A stretch of DNA of 30,571 nucleotides from Macrostomum lignano (taxonomy: Eukaryota), in assembly GCA_002269645.1 (NCBI GenBank), contig NIVC01004943.1, positions 1 to 30,571 on the forward strand, given 5' to 3'. Shown here in pieces: positions 24,301-30,571 of the stretch. Under the pieces are notes generated by a model. The model was not told the DNA's origin. It saw only the letters and a list, made by a program, of their open reading frames with translations, and made no database searches. Both the position numbers and the translations under genes were made by a program. How positions within the stretch are numbered: position 1 is the stretch's first letter; every line of letters starts with the position of its first letter.

Positions 24301-25013
24301 GACGTTCCGACTCCAAGTGACCTTAGGCTTTTGCTTGGTCGGCCCAATGCAAAAGCGGATAAAGCGGTGGTCCGAGAGCGAGTCCTCGTCCCACACTCGC
24401 CAGCCCGTAACTGCGGAAAGCAGTCCGGGTGAGGCGATGGTGGTGTCGATGACTTCGGCCCACCGCCCATTATTGAACGTTGGTGCATTGCCCACGTTAC
24501 AGAAGTTGAGGTTAGTGCTGCTGACATAGGCCAGCAGCTCCTCGCCTCTGCTATTGATGTTCTTGCTGCCCCAATGCAGGTGGTGTGCGTTCACATCCCC
24601 TGCAATGAGCAGCTCGAACCGATGGGACGCAGCATAGTCAGTAAGGTTGACTAACGCGTCGCAGACAACTGGGGCATCGCCCGGGAAATAGGCAGAAGCT
24701 ACCAGCACAGGTTTATTGGGAATGAGGTTATTGATTTGAACAACACAGATGTCCCCAGTCGAGAGATCAGGTCTCATCCATGCCTCAAAAGCTTTTGCAG
24801 CAAAGACCAGAGATCTTGGGCGAGGCTGAGAGCCCGCCATGCAAAAACAGTGGTAGCCAGATGGCACATTATTTGGCTTACCTTTAGTCATCCAGGGCTC
24901 CTGTACGAAGACCAGGCCCGGAGCTGTTGCTCTGCCGTGCGCATCAGGTTGACCGACGCCGCCACGCAGTGCTGGGTGTTGATCTGCAGACACCAGGTAG
25001 TCGCTGGCATCAT
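21310..25013 (-). CDS. ORF2: APE endonuclease, reverse transcriptase, RNase H, C-terminal CCHC; 1-nt frameshift at ~24917-24921
   Basis: EN: LQINTQH, QEPW, GDVNAHH, SDHRFI. RT: FRPISLTS, LDIEGAFD, QGGVLTP, YADD (23002-23013). RNase H: YTDGS, EVLAI, SDSQAAL, GNERAD. CPFCRSGSENAEHFICHC. Confidence 0.93.
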
Positions 25014-26530
25014 TGCAGATCGGATGTTGCAGCCGCCAGGAGTTCCTCCTCCTCCTCGGCGCTCACCGGCTTCGGGTCGGGGTCGCCGGTGTCCATGGGC
25101 TCTTCTTCAGCAAAAGGCCCCCGATTGGCCGGAAGGCAGTAGGCAGCGTTCGCCGCCCTTTGCCCACCATCCATGGGGTCCTCCGCCTCAGATTGGCCCA
25201 ATGCCCTGGAGCAGCCAGCCGCCTGGGCAGGCGGGTCCGTCTCCAGTCGGCCCTGCCCCGAGGGGTTGGGCCCAGCTGGGACGTCCCCACCCTCCCTGGA
25301 CGAACTGGTGCGCCTAGGCGTCCCGGCGACCTCTCGCCTCAGCTGGGAGATTTTGGCGGTACGGACTGCCTCAGCTGCACGCTGGTACAGGCCGCGCCGC
25401 TTGGTGCTGCGCGCCGGGCGTCGGTCGCCTCCGCCCTCAGCAGCGCGCTCAGCTTTGCCCGCGCGGCCGTGCTGCCGGGCAGGGCGGTTTGCTTTGGCAG
25501 TCTGAGCAGAGGCTTGCGCCTCGGCCCCGGCCGCCTCCGCATCCCGCCCGCCCTGCTCACTGCCACGGGGAGGGTCGGCCTCGTAGGAGCGGATGCGCAG
25601 CTTCCAAAGGCCGACGTTGATGAAGCTGCCGTGTGGATAACGCCTCATCCAGGCGTCCGACAGCCCCAGGATGGCTGTGAAGCCAGTGCCGTCGGTGCGC
25701 TTAAGGGTGTCATGCACCACTAGGCCCGCGGCGGGAAGCTCCCGGTTGACTGCTAGCAGTCCTTTCCGGAGCTCGTCAGCAGAGGTAACAACGCTCCTGG
25801 CCGGGACCCAGATTCGATGCCTCTTGGTCCGGGGGCGCTCGTCCTCTCTGCAGAAGGCTAGGTTGAGGTCCCAGCTCTGCTCGGGCAGCAGCTCAAGGAG
25901 CCGCCGACCCGAGTCAGCATCACTGGGCCAAATGAGAAGGCACGAGTCCCTCGTCGCATTCGAATGAATGTTCAGAGGCGTGCCCTTCAGAGTTTGCTTC
26001 CACAGGAGGCCATCAACGGCACTTCTCACCTGCTTCAGCTGATCGGGAGACAGGCGCGCGTCCTTTCCCAGGATGACAACCGCCGGTTGCCTCTTTACCG
26101 CATCAGCGTAGGAGGCCCGGGGGTCAGTGGAGCTTTCTTCAGGTGGGCTGTCCACCCTCCCGGCTGCATCGGCCTCCCTATCCTGGGCAGGGGCTTCCGT
26201 GGGCTCGAGGCCCTCTTCCGCCACCGCCCTAGACTGGGAAGCTTCCGCTGCCGCGGGCCGTTGGCCCCTGGCACCGGTTTGGCTTCCGCCCTCCTTGGCC
26301 CGCCTCGCCTTGTTAAGTCGACGGCGGGCAGCTCCAGAGGTGGTGCTGCGTTTCTTAGCAGCTGGAGTAGCAGGTGTCTTCTCGGAGGCACCGCTCAGAG
26401 TTGGCTCCACGGGTCTCGCCGAGGCGTCCCCGATGGTAGCAGGTGGTATGGCCGAGGAGTCCACGGCCCCAGCCGAGGCCGGAGGCACTGTGTCATCCAC
26501 AGCCGGTTTGTTACTTCGGTTAGAAGCCAT
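25010..26530 (-). CDS. ORF1 (506 aa from ATG 26530): low-complexity arms around a central domain resembling DUF4780; no CCHC knuckles seen
   Basis: First in-frame ATG gives MASNRSNKP; the track starts at an upstream TTG. The domain identity is recalled resemblance, not a search result. Confidence 0.8.
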   Translation of the reverse strand: MASNRSNKPAVDDTVPPASAGAVDSSAIPPATIGDASARPVEPTLSGASEKTPATPAAKKRSTTSGAARRRLNKARRAKEGGSQTGARGQRPAAAEASQSRAVAEEGLEPTEAPAQDREADAAGRVDSPPEESSTDPRASYADAVKRQPAVVILGKDARLSPDQLKQVRSAVDGLLWKQTLKGTPLNIHSNATRDSCLLIWPSDADSGRRLLELLPEQSWDLNLAFCREDERPRTKRHRIWVPARSVVTSADELRKGLLAVNRELPAAGLVVHDTLKRTDGTGFTAILGLSDAWMRRYPHGSFINVGLWKLRIRSYEADPPRGSEQGGRDAEAAGAEAQASAQTAKANRPARQHGRAGKAERAAEGGGDRRPARSTKRRGLYQRAAEAVRTAKISQLRREVAGTPRRTSSSREGGDVPAGPNPSGQGRLETDPPAQAAGCSRALGQSEAEDPMDGGQRAANAAYCLPANRGPFAEEEPMDTGDPDPKPVSAEEEEELLAAATSDLQ

Positions 26531-27644
26531 TGGCTGGAAGTAAAAAGGTGGGACTTCCTGCAGAACACAGGCAAAGAGCCGCAAGGCCGCAACCCCAAAC
26601 CAAGCGGCAGGCCCCCAAAAAGCAAAATACCACCCTGCAAGGGGACCCAAAAGCGCAAGGGGAACCGTTAGCGACCAGACTACTCCCTGGCCAAGCGTCC
26701 ATCAGCACGGAGTTACACTGGGACATTAGAGGGTGCGTTTATGGTCACACCAGGACCCGGCGCCAACGAATCAGCTCGGCAGGGCCCAAGGGGGCCTGCC
26801 TTAACACCCACGGGACGAGTACCCTTCGAAGTGCGCACAATCACTCTCACTCTTATATTTGCACCTGTGTTGCAAATATATAGTAGCAGAATGGCTTCAG
26901 CCAACTGATTTCTTGCCAATAAGGTAGGCTGGAAAACCAGAGCTATAGCACTAGCAATGCTCTACCAAGACCTGCTTAGGAGCTTGTGTCTGCTCTTAGC
27001 AATGCTTTGCTCTACCAAGACTTGCTCAGGAGCTTTGCTTTGCTATTAACTGGCGCTAGAGCGCTAGACTTGGAGTAGGCTCTTGACAAGTCCTCAGGAG
27101 GCAGTATCCCTAAATGTTGTTGGTTATAACTCCTAATAAGGTTTCAAGGCAAGACTCCTCTTGTGCAAAGCTTTAATTTTTCTATTTTAATTCCCTATTT
27201 TTGTTTTACTTTGAATTCCATAGTAAATTTCTAAGTGGGAAAAATGCCACAAATGGGATCACAAATGGATGCTTTCCCAAGAACCCAACTGTTCTTAGTA
27301 GTTTTAAAGAAACCCCCAAATTAGCAATTTACCCCTGCTTTTATTATTTCCCCTAGTTAAAACTACTAATAGTGGGGTAAAAGCATATTTGTCCTGTGAC
27401 TAATTTCTGTTCCTAAAATAATGCCCTACTACACTAAAATATTTAAATAAAATGTATAAAACTTTCTTTTTACCAATTTATTTATCAGGTACATAAAATT
27501 TATGTGTAAGATATAGCATTTTTCATGTATGTTTCACCAAAATTTTGCAAATCTTTGAGGTAAATTTTTTATATACTTTATGTATTCGCGCATTATGTTG
27601 GTGTTTTTTCCACTTTTACCTTGAAATTAACAATGACAAAAATA

Positions 27645-27671
27645 ACAAGACAAGACAAGACAAGACACAAG
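27645..27671. repeat. (ACAAG)n microsatellite
   Basis: Four perfect units plus one interrupted unit. Confidence 0.85.
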
Positions 27672-28308
27672 ATAGTTAATAATGTTAATAAGGCTTTTCT
27701 TCCTTTTCTATCTTGTTTCATTTGGTTTTATATCATATAGAAAGGTCAAACAACCTAAAAACAAAAAACAAAGTCTAAACAATGCAATAAAGGCAATAAA
27801 ATGGAGTCACTTCACCTCAAAGGCGTTTCTATCCCTGTTAGAAGCATTTGCATCAATATCTTTTCTGACTTGGTTGACTCAGCATGCTTGTCTTGCTTGT
27901 CTGTCTCTTGATCCTCTTCTTCTTGCAAAACTTTGCTTTTGCTTTGTTCTTCCTTTGGCATTTAGAATGGTCAAACATTCTCTTAAGGGTGTCTCCACCA
28001 AGCCTCTTTAGAACATTGAGCTTCACCTTGGTCTTGTTTACTGAATGGCCTCCATTATTATATTGCTAATCAGTTCTAGCACAAGTTAACATTCAGTTAA
28101 GATATTTGTTGGCTGTGACTTTTGAAAATTGATATTCTGAACCTTTTCTGACTAGGAACTTAAACACAATGTAGAATCAGGGTCCAGTCCAGTGATAATC
28201 CATATTGTTTAATCACCAGATTTGCTGTTCAGAAGTGAAAAGGCACAATCTAATGATAATGAAGTACTGGTGTCTTGTCTGTGGTTGTCTAGAAATCTTA
28301 AATAGAAT

Positions 28309-29320
28309 CACTGCCACCAATGAAATACAGGCTTCTTCTATGTTGACTAGAGATGGCCTGGTAGGGCTCCTAGTGCTGGGCAGTGACCTCTAGCTGGCAG
28401 TTTCTTAGAAACTAGTTCTAGGTAGTGCTGCCACCAGCTTTGCAGAGTTGCAGCCTTCAGTGAGGTGCTAAGCTCGTAGAAGCAAATAACTAAGATGAGA
28501 GAGAAAGTCAAGCACTTTGTGCAGATTTAGCAGTCCTTGAGTAGAAGCGTCTGGTCAGCAGTCCCTGCCAGGCAAGTGCAGGGTTAGAGGGATAGTGCTA
28601 GCTTTAGGCAATCTAAGCTGCTTTGCTAATAGATTGCAAGAACAATTTGAAGCAGGCACACGCAAAGTTGGGAGTCTGGAGAGTCAAACTTAGACTCAAA
28701 CTTAGAACACAAACTTAGAGACTTGAACTAAGAGAATCTGAGGAAGGGCTGAGGAATGGGCTTGTCTGAGCCAAGCCATGAGAGGGGCTGCATTTATAGG
28801 AATAATCAATTGTACCATTTAAGGAAAGACCCCCCGCTGAGAGTCCCCTATGACTCTGATGCTAATTTTAGCAACAAGCAAGCAGGTTCTGCCTCAAGAG
28901 GCAAAGGTCTAGGTGCACATGATCTCTCTGTAAATGAAAGCCCAGCATACAATGATTAAACCATCATTGCACTTTGGACTAAAGAAAGAAGAATACCTTC
29001 AAAGGGAAGGGAAAAGCCCCACAAGTGAAAGCACTTGTGACCATGGGACTAGAAAACAGAACAGCACTCCAAATTTGGAGATGCCAAACAGAGAACAAAA
29101 CAGAGGCAGGCTAGACCAAGCTGTCTGAGCACTGCAAAAGGGGGAACATAAGACAAAGAAGGCAAACGAGGACAAGCAGACAGACAGGCAAATGGGCAAA
29201 GGACAGGCCAGAGGACAGACGAGATGGACAGGCAACTGCCAGTGGCAGACAGAAGCCTAGCGCGCAGGCAAGGGCAACAGCTGACTAGTGCAGCACCTAA
29301 CTAAATAGTGACTTATTACA
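28309..29320 (-). mobile_element. Probable older 5' LTR (28321-29320) with degenerate tRNA-Leu-like PBS (28309-28319)
   Basis: Minus-strand ends TGTAATA...TATTTCA (6/7 inverted match), 1-nt spacer, then TGGTGGCAGTG. TATAAAT at 28792-28798. CArG CCATTTAAGG at 28815-28824. The post-PBS leader resembles that of the younger LTR. No partner LTR or pol in the window. Confidence 0.5.
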
Positions 29321-29512
29321 ATAAGTGATCAACAGAAAATGCTTGGACATTCATGGGACACTTGGGTGCCTAACATGTACTGCTATTCAGAATGTGCAAT
29401 CATTGCTGAAAATGTATAAAATAAACTGTGTATCATATATAGCAGTTTAGGTATTGAGTTTGTAACGTTGGTTGTCTCTGGGTTGTCTCGTGGTGGCCTG
29501 GCAGGTCTTTGT

Positions 29513-29530
29513 ATCCCACCGCTGCCACCA
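29513..29530 (-). promoter_or_regulatory. Primer binding site for tRNA-Leu (AAG/TAG type)
   Basis: TGGTGGCAGCGGTGGGAT is complementary to the conserved animal tRNA-Leu 3' end ATCCCACCGCTGCCA+CCA and lies 1 nt after the LTR's terminal CA. Confidence 0.9.
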
Positions 29531-29531
29531 G

Positions 29532-30390
29532 TGTAACGTTTGCCTTTTGCTTCAGTCCTATCGATTTGCCTGAAAATTGAACCTAAAACGTTAGCCTTGA
29601 CTTGGTAGGGTTGCTGCCACCTTGGTGTGCGGACTCGACGCGTCGACAGAGTTGTCTATCCGTCACCTAAAATAAAATTAACGAAGATACTCGGAGCAAA
29701 GGCCAAATCTGTAAATGTCTCGACAGTCGATCGTCTTAGTTGAATGCTGCTCGGACCTGAAAACCTGTAAAACCTGAAATGAGGGAGGAGAGCTCGGAGG
29801 CAGAGGCTTCACGAGTTAGCCACAATGCTCCGCGAGACGACGCAGCCTGGAGAAAAATGGCTCGCAGATGCTCCGTATTTATAGCCGAGCGGACCCCCAA
29901 AAGTCACGTGAGTTTCATGCGGTGAGCGCGTGAAACTTCCTTATTTGGGCATTGAAATCATGCGAACGACGCGTGATTCAAGGCCAACTTCCAAATAAGG
30001 CAACCCTGTCACGCAGCAGTGGCGTGACTCAAGGTCAGTGGCCACGCACAGTGTGCGTGCACAGTCACGTGCTTAGTCTGTGCTAAAAATAGAACTTGGG
30101 CGGATGAGTCATCCTGTTTACTCCCTCTGGCAGCCCTTACACTCCGCGCAGGTGATGAGTCATCCTGCTACGCCTCAGCGCGAGTGGGAAGACATTGAGT
30201 GTGGCTGCCCGCGCCCGCTCAGGCGATGAGTCATCGGGCAGTAAACACTTAGGCCAGCACAGGGTAACTCTCTCACAGGGTAACTCTCTCACTAGATCAG
30301 GTGGACTGAGCCACTGTGCAGCGGATCACAGCGCCCTTAGGGAAAGCTAGTGAATGCTGCTGAATAGCCAGTTAGCAGCCAGTCACTACA
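29532..30390 (-). mobile_element. LTR (859 bp, TG...CA) of an LTR retrotransposon, probably Ty3/gypsy-like
   Basis: TGTAG...TTACA ends, adjacent PPT and PBS, TATAAATA at 29876-29883. The superfamily is inferred only, since no coding region is in the window. Confidence 0.85.
29876..30292 (-). promoter_or_regulatory. LTR U3 promoter/enhancer: TATA, 2 CArG+ETS, 4 AP-1, 2 E-box, 16-bp tandem repeat
   Basis: CArG 29939-29948 and 29991-30000, each overlapped by ACTTCC. GATGAGTCATC at 30103, 30154, 30225. TGACTCA at 30025. CACGTG at 29905 and 30066. (CACAGGGTAACTCTCT)2 at 30258-30289. Confidence 0.6.
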
Positions 30391-30402
30391 CTCTCCCCGT
30401 CC
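30391..30402 (-). promoter_or_regulatory. Polypurine tract
   Basis: GGACGGGGAGAG directly abuts the LTR's first TG. Confidence 0.75.
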
Positions 30403-30571
30403 AAATTAAATTGCAGCAGCGGATAGATGATTCAATTTTATTTGAAAAACAAAACGGCTCTAACAAGGCCACTAAAGTATTTATTGCTACTAAAGAAGAA
30501 AATCAATGCGCGCAGTCAAAAAGATGGTACCACCGCGAAAAGGCAACGGGAACTACATGTCAAATTAATTG

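Larger units (their letters stand above)
21194..26834 (-). mobile_element. Full-length LOA-clade-like (R1/LOA group) non-LTR retrotransposon
   Basis: Two ORFs. TSD GCACAATCACT at 21183-21193 and 26835-26845. 3' tail AAGTCAGTCAGTAAGTC. ~300-nt 5' UTR and ~100-nt 3' UTR. GC-rich against AT-rich flanks. GTTWGLTPRKLWWIYTAIIRP segment resembles Lian/LOA elements. Confidence 0.88.

Noticed and set aside
26531-26650. 40-aa N-terminal extension of ORF1 in the track
   Set aside because: Starts at TTG in the 5' UTR; the first ATG is at 26530.
25013-26671. 236-aa and 235-aa antisense ORFs over ORF1
   Set aside because: GC-rich shadow ORFs with no domain signal.
26846-28308. gag/pol or a host gene downstream of the older PBS
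   Set aside because: No long ORF or recognisable motif on either strand.

Overview
Eukaryotic (animal-like) DNA made almost entirely of nested transposons, nearly all on the minus strand; no host gene is recognisable and I cannot identify the species. (1) 1-~20920: a Helitron2/Helentron-type rolling-circle element. Its RepHel gene carries OTU protease, HUH Rep and PIF1 helicase domains and appears to be spliced, with an upstream AT-hook exon that the ORF track misses. The helicase C-terminus (1-860) is broken by many small indels. The 5' region is amplified as three near-identical ~4642-bp tandem units plus an 833-bp duplication. Both kinds of junction fall at the tips of long palindromes. 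A canonical non-autonomous Helitron sits inside one intron. (2) 21194-26834: a full-length LOA-like non-LTR retrotransposon with an 11-bp TSD, ORF1, and ORF2 (APE-RT-RNase H-CCHC). ORF2 starts at an ATGA overlap with the ORF1 stop and has one frameshift. (3) 28309-29320: a probable older LTR with PBS. (4) 29513-30402: an 859-bp LTR flanked by both a PPT and a tRNA-Leu PBS, with clustered CArG/ETS/AP-1 motifs. All calls come from reading the sequence by eye; no searches were run.
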